From Auanema rhodensis (taxonomy: Eukaryota > Animalia > Nematoda), in NCBI GenBank assembly GCA_964057225.1, contig OZ059894.1, positions 24,366,001 to 24,430,000 on the forward strand: a stretch of 64,000 bases of DNA. Reading direction: 5' to 3'. Below, in pieces: positions 28,601 to 44,298 of the stretch. The stretch's first letter is position 1; each line of letters starts with the position of its first letter. The notes beneath the pieces are model-generated. The model was not told the origin of the DNA. It did not search any database and worked only from the letters and a program-made list of their open reading frames with translations. The position numbers and the translations under genes were made by a program.

Positions 28601-31600
28601 ATGGTAACCATGACTTTGAAATTTACGTGAACTTCAATTTATGCTAATTAAATGTACACGTGATGTGCACTTGGTATGTAACTCGCTTCACGTGAAAGAT
28701 GAAGAGATGCGGTTTTCAAAATTAGATTCCCTATGTCCATATTAGTCTAAAAACAAATTTTTATTGATATTGGTTCATGGTAACCATGACTTTGAAATTT
28801 ACGTGAACTTTAATTTATGCTAATTAAATGTACACGTGATGTGCACTTGGTATGTAACTCGCTTCACGTGAAAGATAAAGAGATGCGGTTTTCAAAATTA
28901 GATTCCCCATGTCCATATTAGTCTAAAAACAAATTTTTATTGATATTGGTGCATGGTAACCATGACTTTGAAATTTACGTGAACTTTAATTTATGCTAAT
29001 TAAATGTACACGTGATGTGCACTTGGTATGTAACTCGCTTCACGTGAAAGATAAAAAGATGCGGTTTTCAAAATTAAATTTCCCATGTCCATATTAGTCT
29101 AAAAACAAATTTTTATTGATATTGGTGCATGGTAACCATGACTTTGAAATTTACGTGAACTTTAATTTATGCTAATTAAATGTACACGTGATGTGCACTT
29201 GGTATGTAACTCGCTTCACGTGAAAGATAAAGAGATGCGGTTTTCAAAATTAGATTCCCCATGTCCATATTAGTCTAAAAACAAATTTTTATTGATATTG
29301 GTTCATGGTAACCATGACTTTGAAATTTACGTGAACTTTAATTTATGCTAATTAAATGTACACGTGATGTGCACTTGGTATGTAACTCGCTTCACGTGAA
29401 AGATAAAGAGATGCGGTTTCCAAAATTAGATTCCCCATGTCCATATTAGTCTAAAAACAAATTTTTATTGATATTGGTGCATGGTAACCATGACTTTGAA
29501 ATTTACGTGAATTTTAATTTATGCTAATTAAATGTACACGTGATGTGCACTTGGTATGTAACTAGCTTCACGTGAAAGATAAAGAGATGCGGTTTTCAAA
29601 ATTAGATTCCCCATGTCCATATTAGTATAAAAACAAATTTTTATTGATATTGGTGCATGGTAACCATGACTTTGAAATTTACGTGAACTTCAATTTATGC
29701 TAATTAAATGTACACGTGATGTGCACTTGGTATGTAACTCGCTTCACGTGAAAGATAAAGAGATGCGGTTTTCAAAATTAGATTCCCCATGTCCATATTA
29801 GTCTAAAAACAAATTTTTATTGATATTGGTGCATGGTAACCATGACTTTGAAATTTACGTGAACTTTAATTTATGCTAATTAAATGTACACGTGATGTGC
29901 ACTTGGTATGTAACTCGCTTCACGTGAAAGATAAAGAGATGCGGTTTTCAAAATTAAATTTCCCATGTCCATATTAGTCTAAAAACAAATTTTTATTGAT
30001 ATTGGTGCATGGTAACCATGACTTTGAAATTTACGTGAACTTTAATTTATGCTAATTAAATGTACACGTGATGTGCACTTGGTATGTAACTCACTTCACG
30101 TGAAAGATAAAGAGATGCGGTTTTCAAAATTAAATTTCCCATGTCCATATTAGTCTAAAAACAAATTTTTATTGATATTGGTGCATGGTAACCATGACTT
30201 TGAAATTTACGTGAACTTTAATTTATGCTAATTAAATGTACACGTGATGTGCACTTGGTATGTAACTCGCTTCACGTGAAAGATAAAGAGATGCGGTTTT
30301 CAAAATTAGATTCCCCATGTCCATATTAGTCTAAAAACAAATTTTTATTGATATTGGTTCATGGTAACCATGACTTTGAAATTTACGTGAACTTTAATTT
30401 ATGCTAATTAAATGTACACGTGATGTGCACTTGGTATGTAACTCGCTTCACGTGAAAGATAAAGAGATGCGGTTTTCAAAATTAGATTCCCCATGTCCAT
30501 ATTAGTCTAAAAACAAATTTTTATTGATATTGGTTCATGGTAACCATGACTTTGAAATTTACGTGAACTTTAATTTATGCTAATTAAATGTACACGTGAT
30601 GTGCACTTGGTATGTAACTCGCTTCACGTGAAAGATAAAGAGATGCGGTTTTCAAAATTAGATTCCCCATGTCCATATTAGTCTAAAAACAAATTTTTAT
30701 TGATATTGGTTCATGGTAACCATGACTTTGAAATTTACGTGAACTTTAATTTATGCTAATTAAATGTACACGTGATGTGCACTTGGTATGTAACTCGCTT
30801 CACGTGAAAGATAAAGAGATGCGGTTTTCAAAATTAGATTCCCTATGTCCATATTAGTCTAAAAACAAATTTTTATTGATATTGGTTCATGGTAACCATG
30901 ACTTTGAAATTTACGTGAACTTTAATTTATGCTAATTAAATGTACACGTGATGTGCACTTGGTATGTAACTCGTTTCACGTGAAAGATAAAGAGATGCGG
31001 TTTTCAAAATTAGATTCCCCATGTCCATATTAGTCTAAAAACAAATTTTTATTGATATTGGTGCATGGTAACCATGACTTTGAAATTTACGTGAACTTTA
31101 ATTTATGCTAATTAAATGTACACGTGATGTGCACTTGGTATGTAACTCGCTTCACGTGAAAGATAAAGAGATGCGGTTTTCAAAATTAGATTCCCCATGT
31201 CCATATTAGTCTAAAAACAAATTTTTATTGATATTGGTTCATGGTAACCATGACTTTGAAATTTACGTGAACTTCAATTTATGCTAATTAAATGTACACG
31301 TGATGTGCACTTGGTATGTAACTCGCTTCACGTGAAAGATGAAGAGATGCGGTTTTCAAAATTAGATTCCCCATGTCCATATTAGTCTAAAAACAAATTT
31401 TTATTGATATTGGTGCATGGTAACCATGACTTTGAAATTTACGTGAACTTTAATTTATGCTAATTAAATGTACACGTGATGTGCACTTGGTATGTAACTC
31501 GCTTCACGTGAAAGATAAAGAGATGCGGTTTTCAAAATTAGATTCCCCATGTCCATATTAGTCTAAAAACAAATTTTTATTGATATTGGTTCATGGTAAC

Positions 31601-34600
31601 CATGACTTTGAAATTTACGTGAACTTTAATTTATGCTAATTAAATGTACACGTGATGTGCACTTGGTATGTAACTCGCTTCACGTGAAAGATAAAGAGAT
31701 GCGGTTTCCAAAATTAGATTCCCCATGTCCATATTAGTCTAAAAACAAATTTTTATTGATATTGGTGCATGGTAACCATGACTTTGAAATTTACGTGAAT
31801 TTTAATTTATGCTAATTAAATGTACACGTGATGTGCACTTGGTATGTAACTAGCTTCACGTGAAAGATAAAGAGATGCGGTTTTCAAAATTAGATTCCCC
31901 ATGTCCATATTAGTCTAAAAACAAATTTTTATTGATATTGGTGCATGGTAACCATGACTTTGAAATTTACGTGAACTTCAATTTATGCTAATTAAATGTA
32001 CACGTGATGTGCACTTGGTATGTAACTCGCTTCACGTGAAAGATAAAGAGATGCGGTTTTCAAAATTAGATTCCCCATGTCCATATTAGTCTAAAAACAA
32101 ATTTTTATTGATATTGGTGCATGGTAACCATGACTTTGAAATTTACGTGAACTTTAATTTATGCTAATTAAATGTACACGTGATGTGCACTTGGTATGTA
32201 ACTCGCTTCACGTGAAAGATAAAGAGATGCGGTTTTCAAAATTAAATTTCCCATGTCCATATTAGTCTAAAAACAAATTTTTATTGATATTGGTGCATGG
32301 TAACCATGACTTTGAAATTTACGTGAACTTTAATTTATGCTAATTAAATGTACACGTGATGTGCACTTGGTATGTAACTCGCTTCACGTGAAAGATAAAG
32401 AGATGCGGTTTTCAAAATTAAATTTCCCATGTCCATATTAGTCTAAAAACAAATTTTTATTGATATTGGTGCATGGTAACCATGACTTTGAAATTTACGT
32501 GAACTTTAATTTATGCTAATTAAATGTACACGTGATGTGCACTTGGTATGTAACTCGCTTCACGTGAAAGATAAAGAGATGCGGTTTTCAAAATTAGATT
32601 CCCCATGTCCATATTAGTCTAAAAACAAATTTTTATTGATATTGGTTCATGGTAACCATGACTTTGAAATTTACGTGAACTTTAATTTATGCTAATTAAA
32701 TGTACACGTGATGTGCACTTGGTATGTAACTCGCTTCACGTGAAAGATAAAGAGATGCGGTTTTCAAAATTAGATTCCCCATGTCCATATTAGTCTAAAA
32801 ACAAATTTTTATTGATATTGGTTCATGGTAACCATGACTTTGAAATTTACGTGAACTTTAATTTATGCTAATTAAATGTACACGTGATGTGCACTTGGTA
32901 TGTAACTCGCTTCACGTGAAAGATAAAGAGATGCGGTTTTCAAAATTAAATTTCCCATGTCCATATTAGTCTAAAAACAAATTTTTATTGATATTGGTGC
33001 ATGGTAACCATGACTTTGAAATTTACGTGAACTTTAATTTATGCTAATTAAATGTACACGTGATGTGCACTTGGTATGTAACTCGCTTCACGTGAAAGAT
33101 AAAGAGATGCGGTTTTCAAAATTAGATTCCCCATGTCCATATTAGTCTAAAAACAAATTTTTATTGATATTGGTTCATGGTAACCATGACTTTGAAATTT
33201 ACGTGAACTTTAATTTATGCTAATTAAATGTACACGTGATGTGCACTTGGTATGTAACTCGCTTCACGTGAAAGATAAAGAGATGCGGTTTTCAAAATTA
33301 GATTCCCCATGTCCATATTAGTCTAAAAACAAATTTTTATTGATATTGGTTCATGGTAACCATGACTTTGAAATTTACGTGAACTTTAATTTATGCTAAT
33401 TAAATGTACACGTGATGTGCACTTGGTATGTAACTCGCTTCACGTGAAAGATAAAGAGATGCGGTTTTCAAAATTAGATTCCCCATGTCCATATTAGTCT
33501 AAAAACAAATTTTTATTGATATTGGTTCATGGTAACCATGACTTTGAAATTTACGTGAACTTTAATTTATGCTAATTAAATGTACACGTGATGTGCACTT
33601 GGTATGTAACTCGCTTCACGTGAAAGATAAAGAGATGCGGTTTTCAAAATTAGATTCCCTATGTCCATATTAGTCTAAAAACAAATTTTTATTGATATTG
33701 GTTCATGGTAACCATGACTTTGAAATTTACGTGAACTTTAATTTATGCTAATTAAATGTACACGTGATGTGCACTTGGTATGTAACTCGTTTCACGTGAA
33801 AGATAAAGAGATGCGGTTTTCAAAATTAGATTCCCCATGTCCATATTAGTCTAAAAACAAATTTTTATTGATATTGGTGCATGGTAACCATGACTTTGAA
33901 ATTTACGTGAACTTTAATTTATGCTAATTAAATGTACACGTGATGTGCACTTGGTATGTAACTCGCTTCACGTGAAAGATAAAGAGATGCGGTTTTCAAA
34001 ATTAGATTCCCCATGTCCATATTAGTCTAAAAACAAATTTTTATTGATATTGGTTCATGGTAACCATGACTTTGAAATTTACGTGAACTTCAATTTATGC
34101 TAATTAAATGTACACGTGATGTGCACTTGGTATGTAACTCGCTTCACGTGAAAGATAAAGAGATGCGGTTTTCAAAATTAGATTCCCCATGTCCATATTA
34201 GTCTAAAAACAAATTTTTATTGATATTGGTGCATGGTAACCATGACTTTGAAATTTACGTGAACTTTAATTTATGCTAATTAAATGTACACGTGATGTGC
34301 ACTTGGTATGTAACTCGCTTCACGTGAAAGATAAAGAGATGCGGTTTTCAAAATTAAATTTCCCATGTCCATATTAGTCTAAAAACAAATTTTTATTGAT
34401 ATTGGTGCATGGTAACCATGACTTTGAAATTTACGTGAACTTTAATTTATGCTAATTAAATGTACACGTGATGTGCACTTGGTATGTAACTCGCTTCACG
34501 TGAAAGATAAAGAGATGCGGTTTTCAAAATTAGATTCCCCATGTCCATATTAGTCTAAAAACAAATTTTTATTGATATTGGTTCATGGTAACCATGACTT

Positions 34601-37600
34601 TGAAATTTACGTGAACTTTAATTTATGCTAATTAAATGTACACGTGATGTGCACTTGGTATGTAACTCGCTTCACGTGAAAGATAAAGAGATGCGGTTTT
34701 CAAAATTAAATTTCCCATGTCCATATTAGTCTAAAAACAAATTTTTATTGATATTGGTGCATGGTAACCATGACTTTGAAATTTACGTGAACTTTAATTT
34801 ATGCTAATTAAATGTACACGTGATGTGCACTTGGTATGTAACTCGCTTCACGTGAAAGATAAAGAGATGCGGTTTCCAAAATTAGATTCCCCATGTCCAT
34901 ATTAGTCTAAAAACAAATTTTTATTGATATTGGTTCATGGTAACCATGACTTTGAAATTTACGTGAACTTTAATTTATGCTAATTAAATGTACACGTGAT
35001 GTGCACTTGGTATGTAACTCGCTTCACGTGAAAGATAAAGAGATGCGGTTTTCAAAATTAGATTCCCTATGTCCATATTAGTCTAAAAACAAATTTTTAT
35101 TGATATTGGTTCATGGTAACCATGACTTTGAAATTTACGTGAACTTTAATTTATGCTAATTAAATGTACACGTGATGTGCACTTGGTATGTAACTCGTTT
35201 CACGTGAAAGATAAAGAGATGCGGTTTTCAAAATTAGATTCCCCATGTCCATATTAGTCTAAAAACAAATTTTTATTGATATTGGTGCATGGTAACCATG
35301 ACTTTGAAATTTACGTGAACTTTAATTTATGCTAATTAAATGTACACGTGATGTGCACTTGGTATGTAACTCGTTTCACGTGAAAGATAAAGAGATGCGG
35401 TTTTCAAAATTAGATTCCCCATGTCCATATTAGTCTAAAAACAAATTTTTATTGATATTGGTGCATGGTAACCATGACTTTGAAATTTACGTGAACTTTA
35501 ATTTATGCTAATTAAATGTACACGTGATGTGCACTTGGTATGTAACTCGCTTCACGTGAAAGATAAAGAGATGCGGTTTTCAAAATTAGATTCCCCATGT
35601 CCATATTAGTCTAAAAACAAATTTTTATTGATATTGGTTCATGGTAACCATGACTTTGAAATTTACGTGAACTTCAATTTATGCTAATTAAATGTACACG
35701 TGATGTGCACTTGGTATGTAACTCGCTTCACGTGAAAGATAAAGAGATGCGGTTTTCAAAATTAGATTCCCCATGTCCATATTAGTCTAAAAACAAATTT
35801 TTATTGATATTGGTGCATGGTAACCATGACTTTGAAATTTACGTGAACTTTAATTTATGCTAATTAAATGTACACGTGATGTGCACTTGGTATGTAACTA
35901 GCTTCACGTGAAAGATAAAGAGATGCGGTTTTCAAAATTAGATTCCCCATGTCCATATTAGTCTAAAAACAAATTTTTATTGATATTGGTGCATGGTAAC
36001 CATGACTTTGAAATTTACGTGAATTTTAATTTATGCTAATTAAATGTACACGTGATGTGCACTTGGTATGTAACTAGCTTCACGTGAAAGATAAAGAGAT
36101 GCGGTTTTCAAAATTAGATTCCCCATGTCCATATTAGTCTAAAAACAAATTTTTATTGATATTGGTGCATGGTAACCATGACTTTGAAATTTACGTGAAC
36201 TTCAATTTATGCTAATTAAATGTACACGTGATGTGCACTTGGTATGTAACTCGCTTCACGTGAAAGATAAAGAGATGCGGTTTTCAAAATTAGATTCCCC
36301 ATGTCCATATTAGTCTAAAAACAAATTTTTATTGATATTGGTGCATGGTAACCATGACTTTGAAATTTACGTGAACTTTAATTTATGCTAATTAAATGTA
36401 CACGTGATGTGCACTTGGTATGTAACTCGCTTCACGTGAAAGATAAAGAGATGCGGTTTTCAAAATTAGATTCCCCATGTCCATATTAGTCTAAAAACAA
36501 ATTGGTATTGATATTGGTGCATGGTAACCATGACTTTGAAATTTACGTGAACTTTAATTTATGCTAATTAAATGTACACGTGATGTGCACTTGGTATGTA
36601 ACTCGCTTCACGTGAAAGATAAAGAGATGCGGTTTTCAAAATTAGATTCCCCATGTCCATATTAGTCTAAAAACAAATTTTTATTGATATTGGTTCATGG
36701 TAACCATGACTTTGAAATTTACGTGAACTTTAATTTATGCTAATTAAATGTACACGTGATGTGCACTTGGTATGTAACTCGCTTCACGTGAAAGATAAAG
36801 AGATGCGGTTTTCAAAATTAGATTCCCCATGTCCATATTAGTCTAAAAACAAATTTTTATTGATATTGGTTCATGGTAACCATGACTTTGAAATTTACGT
36901 GAACTTTAATTTATGCTAATTAAATGTACACGTGATGTGCACTTGGTATGTAACTCGCTTCACGTGAAAGATAAAGAGATGCGGTTTTCAAAATTAGATT
37001 CCCCATGTCCATATTAGTCTAAAAACAAATTTTTATTGATATTGGTTCATGGTAACCATGACTTTGAAATTTACGTGAACTTTAATTTATGCTAATTAAA
37101 TGTACACGTGATGTGCACTTGGTATGTAACTCGCTTCACGTGAAAGATAAAGAGATGCGGTTTTCAAAATTAGATTCCCTATGTCCATATTAGTCTAAAA
37201 ACAAATTTTTATTGATATTGGTTCATGGTAACCATGACTTTGAAATTTACGTGAACTTTAATTTATGCTAATTAAATGTACACGTGATGTGCACTTGGTA
37301 TGTAACTCGTTTCACGTGAAAGATAAAGAGATGCGGTTTTCAAAATTAGATTCCCCATGTCCATATTAGTCTAAAAACAAATTTTTATTGATATTGGTGC
37401 ATGGTAACCATGACTTTGAAATTTACGTGAACTTTAATTTATGCTAATTAAATGTACACGTGATGTGCACTTGGTATGTAACTCGCTTCACGTGAAAGAT
37501 AAAGAGATGCGGTTTTCAAAATTAGATTCCCCATGTCCATATTAGTCTAAAAACAAATTTTTATTGATATTGGTTCATGGTAACCATGACTTTGAAATTT

Positions 37601-40600
37601 ACGTGAACTTCAATTTATGCTAATTAAATGTACACGTGATGTGCACTTGGTATGTAACTCGCTTCACGTGAAAGATGAAGAGATGCGGTTTTCAAAATTA
37701 GATTCCCCATGTCCATATTAGTCTAAAAACAAATTTTTATTGATATTGGTGCATGGTAACCATGACTTTGAAATTTACGTGAACTTTAATTTATGCTAAT
37801 TAAATGTACACGTGATGTGCACTTGGTATGTAACTCGCTTCACGTGAAAGATGAAGAGATGCGGTATTCAAAATTAGATTCCCCATGTCCATATTAGTCT
37901 AAAAACAAATTTTTATTGATATTGGTTCATGGTAACCATGACTTTGAAATTTACGTGAACTTTAATTTATGCTAATTAAATGTACACGTGATGTGCACTT
38001 GGTATGTAACTCGCTTCACGTGAAAGATAAAGAGATGCGGTTTCCAAAATTAGATTCCCCATGTCCATATTAGTCTAAAAACAAATTTTTATTGATATTG
38101 GTGCATGGTAACCATGACTTTGAAATTTACGTGAATTTTAATTTATGCTAATTAAATGTACACGTGATGTGCACTTGGTATGTAACTAGCTTCACGTGAA
38201 AGATAAAGAGATGCGGTTTTCAAAATTAGATTCCCCATGTCCATATTAGTCTAAAAACAAATTTTTATTGATATTGGTGCATGGTAACCATGACTTTGAA
38301 ATTTACGTGAACTTCAATTTATGCTAATTAAATGTACACGTGATGTGCACTTGGTATGTAACTCGCTTCACGTGAAAGATAAAGAGATGCGGTTTTCAAA
38401 ATTAGATTCCCCATGTCCATATTAGTCTAAAAACAAATTTTTATTGATATTGGTGCATGGTAACCATGACTTTGAAATTTACGTGAACTTTAATTTATGC
38501 TAATTAAATGTACACGTGATGTGCACTTGGTATGTAACTCGCTTCACGTGAAAGATAAAGAGATGCGGTTTTAAAAATTAAATTTCCCATGTCCATATTA
38601 GTCTAAAAACAAATTTTTATTGATATTGGTGCATGGTAACCATGACTTTGAAATTTACGTGAACTTTAATTTATGCTAATTAAATGTACACGTGATGTGC
38701 ACTTGGTATGTAACTCGCTTCACGTGAAAGATGAAGAGATGCGGTTTTCAAAATTAGATTCCCCATGTCCATATTAGTCTAAAAACAAATTTTTATTGAT
38801 ATTGGTGCATGGTAACCATGACTTTGAAATTTACGTGAACTTCAATTTATGCTAATTAAATGTACACGTGATGTGCACTTGGTATGTAACTCGCTTCACG
38901 TGAAAGATAAAGAGATGCGGTTTTCAAAATTAGATTCCCCATGTCCATATTAGTCTAAAAACAAATTTTTATTGATATTGGTGCATGGTAACCATGACTT
39001 TGAAATTTACGTGAACTTTAATTTATGCTAATTAAATGTACACGTGATGTGCACTTGGTATGTAACTCGCTTCACGTGAAAGATAAAGAGATGCGGTTTT
39101 TAAAATTAGATTCCCCATGTCCATATTAGTCTAAAAACAAATTTTTATTGATATTGGTTCATGGTAACCATGACTTTGAAATTTACGTGAACTTTAATTT
39201 ATGCTAATTAAATGTACACGTGATGTGCACTTGGTATGTAACTCGCTTCACGTGAAAGATAAAGAGATGCGGTTTTCAAAATTAGATTCCCCATGTCCAT
39301 ATTAGTCTAAAAACAAATTTTTATTGATATTGGTTCATGGTAACCATGACTTTGAAATTTACGTGAACTTTAATTTATGCTAATTAAATGTACACGTGAT
39401 GTGCACTTGGTATGTAACTCGCTTCACGTGAAAGATAAAGAGATGCGGTTTTCAAAATTAGATTCCCCATGTCCATATTAGTCTAAAAACAAATTTTTAT
39501 TGATATTGGTTCATGGTAACCATGACTTTGAAATTTACGTGAACTTTAATTTATGCTAATTAAATGTACACGTGATGTGCACTTGGTATGTAACTCGCTT
39601 CACGTGAAAGATAAAGAGATGCGGTTTTCAAAATTAGATTCCCCATGTCCATATTAGTCTAAAAACAAATTTTTATTGATATTGGTTCATGGTAACCATG
39701 ACTTTGAAATTTACGTGAACTTTAATTTATGCTAATTAAATGTACACGTGATGTGCACTTGGTATGTAACTCGCTTCACGTGAAAGATAAAGAGATGCGG
39801 TTTTCAAAATTAGATTCCCCATGTCCATATTAGTCTAAAAACAAATTTTTATTGATATTGGTGCATGGTAACCATGACTTTGAAATTTACGTGAACTTTA
39901 ATTTATGCTAATTAAATGTACACGTGATGTGCACTTGGTATGTAACTCGCTTCACGTGAAAGATAAAGAGATGCGGTTTTCAAAATTAGATTCCCCATGT
40001 CCATATTAGTCTAAAAACAAATTTTTATTGATATTGGTTCATGGTAACCATGACTTTGAAATTTACGTGAACTTCAATTTATGCTAATTAAATGTACACG
40101 TGATGTGCACTTGGTATGTAACTCGCTTCACGTGAAAGATGAAGAGATGCGGTTTTCAAAATTAGATTCCCCATGTCCATATTAGTCTAAAAACAAATTT
40201 TTATTGATATTGGTGCATGGTAACCATGACTTTGAAATTTACGTGAACTTTAATTTATGCTAATTAAATGTACACGTGATGTGCACTTGGTATGTAACTC
40301 GCTTCACGTGAAAGATAAAGAGATGCGGTTTTCAAAATTAGATTCCCCATGTCCATATTAGTCTAAAAACAAATTTTTATTGATATTGGTTCATGGTAAC
40401 CATGACTTTGAAATTTACGTGAACTTTAATTTATGCTAATTAAATGTACACGTGATGTGCACTTGGTATGTAACTCGCTTCACGTGAAAGATAAAGAGAT
40501 GCGGTTTCCAAAATTAGATTCCCCATGTCCATATTAGTCTAAAAACAAATTTTTATTGATATTGGTGCATGGTAACCATGACTTTGAAATTTACGTGAAT

Positions 40601-41549
40601 TTTAATTTATGCTAATTAAATGTACACGTGATGTGCACTTGGTATGTAACTAGCTTCACGTGAAAGATAAAGAGATGCGGTTTTCAAAATTAGATTCCCC
40701 ATGTCCATATTAGTCTAAAAACAAATTTTTATTGATATTGGTGCATGGTAACCATGACTTTGAAATTTACGTGAACTTCAATTTATGCTAATTAAATGTA
40801 CACGTGATGTGCACTTGGTATGTAACTCGCTTCACGTGAAAGATAAAGAGATGCGGTTTTCAAAATTAGATTCCCCATGTCCATATTAGTCTAAAAACAA
40901 ATTTTTATTGATATTGGTGCATGGTAACCATGACTTTGAAATTTACGTGAACTTTAATTTATGCTAATTAAATGTACACGTGATGTGCACTTGGTATGTA
41001 ACTCGCTTCACGTGAAAGATAAAGAGATGCGGTTTTCAAAATTAAATTTCCCATGTCCATATTAGTCTAAAAACAAATTTTTATTGATATTGGTGCATGG
41101 TAACCATGACTTTGAAATTTACGTGAACTTTAATTTATGCTAATTAAATGTACACGTGATGTGCACTTGGTATGTAACTCGCTTCACGTGAAAGATAAAG
41201 AGATGCGGTTTTCAAAATTAGATTCCCCATGTCCATATTAGTCTAAAAACAAATTTTTATTGATATTGGTGCATGGTAACCATGACTTTGAAATTTACGT
41301 GAACTTTAATTTATGCTAATTAAATGTACACGTGATGTGCACTTGGTATGTAACTCGCTTCACGTGAAAGATAAAGAGATGCGGTTTTCAAAATTAGATT
41401 CCCCATGTCCATATTAGTCTAAAAACAAATTTTTATTGATATTGGTTCATGGTAACCATGACTTTGAAATTTACGTGAACTTCAATTTATGCTAATTAAA
41501 TGTACACGTGATGTGCACTTGGTATGTAACTCGCTTCACGTGAAAGATG

Positions 41550-44298
41550 AAGAGATGCGGTTTTCAAAATTAGATTCCCCATGTCCATATTAGTCTAAAA
41601 ACAAATTTTTATTGATATTGGTGCATGGTAACCATGACTTTGAAATTTACGTGAACTTTAATTTATGCTAATTAAATGTACACGTGATGTGCACTTGGTA
41701 TGTAACTCGCTTCACGTGAAAGATAAAGAGATGCGGTTTTCAAAATTAGATTCCCCATGTCCATATTAGTCTAAAAACAAATTTTTATTGATATTGGTTC
41801 ATGGTAACCATGACTTTGAAATTTACGTGAACTTTAATTTATGCTAATTAAATGTACACGTGATGTGCACTTGGTATGTAACTCGCTTCACGTGAAAGAT
41901 AAAGAGATGCGGTTTTCAAAATTAGATTCCCTATGTCCATATTAGTCTAAAAACAAATTTTTATTGATATTGGTTCATGGTAACCATGACTTTGAAATTT
42001 ACGTGAACTTTAATTTATGCTAATTAAATGTACACGTGATGTGCACTTGGTATGTAACTCGCTTCACGTGAAAGATAAAGAGATGCGGTTTTCAAAATTA
42101 GATTCCCCATGTCCATATTAGTCTAAAAACAAATTTTTATTGATATTGGTTCATGGTAACCATGACTTTGAAATTTACGTGAACTTCAATTTATGCTAAT
42201 TAAATGTACACGTGATGTGCACTTGGTATGTAACTCGCTTCACGTGAAAGATGAAGAGATGCGGTTTTCAAAATTAGAATCCCTATGTCCATATTAGTCT
42301 AAAAACAAATTTTTATTGATATTGGTTCATGGTAACCATGACTTTGAAATTTACGTGAACTTTAATTTATGCTAATTAAATGTACACGTGATGTGCACTT
42401 GGTATGTAACTCGCTTCACGTGAAAGATAAAGAGATGCGGTTTTCAAAATTAGATTCCCCATGTCCATATTAGTCTAAAAACAAATTTCTATTGATATTG
42501 GTGCATGGTAACCATGACTTTGAAATTTACGTGAACTTTAATTTATGCTAATTAAATGTACACGTGATGTGCACTTGGTATGTAACTCGCTTCACGTGAA
42601 AGATAAAAAGATGCGGTTTTCAAAATTAAATTTCCCATGTCCATATTAGTCTAAAAACAAATTTTTATTGATATTGGTGCATGGTAACCATGACTTTGAA
42701 ATTTACGTGAACTTTAATTTATGCTAATTAAATGTACACGTGATGTGCACTTGGTATGTAACTCGCTTCACGTGAAAGATAAAGAGATGCGGTTTTCAAA
42801 ATTAGATTCCCCATGTCCATATTAGTCTAAAAACAAATTTTTATTGATATTGGTGCATGGTAACCATGACTTTGAAATTTACGTGAACTTTAATTTATGC
42901 TAATTAAATGTACACGTGATGTGCACTTGGTATGTAACTCGCTTCACGTGAAAGATAAAGAGATGCGGTTTTCAAAATTAGATTCCCCATGTCCATATTA
43001 GTCTAAAAACAAATTTTTATTGATATTGGTTCATGGTAACCATGACTTTGAAATTTACGTGAACTTTAATTTATGCTAATTAAATGTACACGTGATGTGC
43101 ACTTGGTATGTAACTCGCTTCACGTGAAAGATAAAGAGATGCGGTTTTCAAAATTAGATTCCCTATGTCCATATTAGTCTAAAAACAAATTTTTATTGAT
43201 ATTGGTTCATGGTAACCATGACTTTGAAATTTACGTGAACTTTAATTTATGCTAATTAAATGTACACGTGATGTGCACTTGGTATGTAACTCGCTTCACG
43301 TGAAAGATAAAGAGATGCGGTTTTCAAAATTAGATTCCCCATGTCCATATTAGTCTAAAAACAAATTTTTATTGATATTGGTTCATGGTAACCATGACTT
43401 TGAAATTTACGTGAACTTCAATTTATGCTAATTAAATGTACACGTGATGTGCACTTGGTATGTAACTCGCTTCACGTGAAAGATGAAGAGATGCGGTTTT
43501 CAAAATTAGATTCCCTATGTCCATATTAGTCTAAAAACAAATTTTTATTGATATTGGTTCATGGTAACCATGACTTTGAAATTTACGTGAACTTTAATTT
43601 ATGCTAATTAAATGTACACGTGATGTGCACTTGGTATGTAACTCGCTTCACGTGAAAGATAAAGAGATGCGGTTTTCAAAATTAGATTCCCCATGTCCAT
43701 ATTAGTCTAAAAACAAATTTCTATTGATATTGGTGCATGGTAACCATGACTTTGAAATTTACGTGAACTTTAATTTATGCTAATTAAATGTACACGTGAT
43801 GTGCACTTGGTATGTAACTCGCTTCACGTGAAAGATAAAAAGATGCGGTTTTCAAAATTAAATTTCCCATGTCCATATTAGTCTAAAAACAAATTTTTAT
43901 TGATATTGGTGCATGGTAACCATGACTTTGAAATTTACGTGAACTTTAATTTATGCTAATTAAATGTACACGTGATGTGCACTTGGTATGTAACTCGCTT
44001 CACGTGAAAGATAAAGAGATGCGGTTTTCAAAATTAGATTCCCCATGTCCATATTAGTCTAAAAACAAATTTTTATTGATATTGGTGCATGGTAACCATG
44101 ACTTTGAAATTTACGTGAACTTTAATTTATGCTAATTAAATGTACACGTGATGTGCACTTGGTATGTAACTCGCTTCACGTGAAAGATAAAGAGATGCGG
44201 TTTTCAAAATTAGATTCCCCATGTCCATATTAGTCTAAAAACAAATTTTTATTGATATTGGTTCATGGTAACCATGACTTTGAAATTTACGTGAACTT
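41550..44298 (+). repeat. 7-monomer (1232-bp) tandem duplication
   Basis: Variant pairs 41932/43164, 42489/43721 (TTTCTAT) and 42608/43840 (ATAAAAAG). One private SNP at 42279. Confidence 0.85.
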
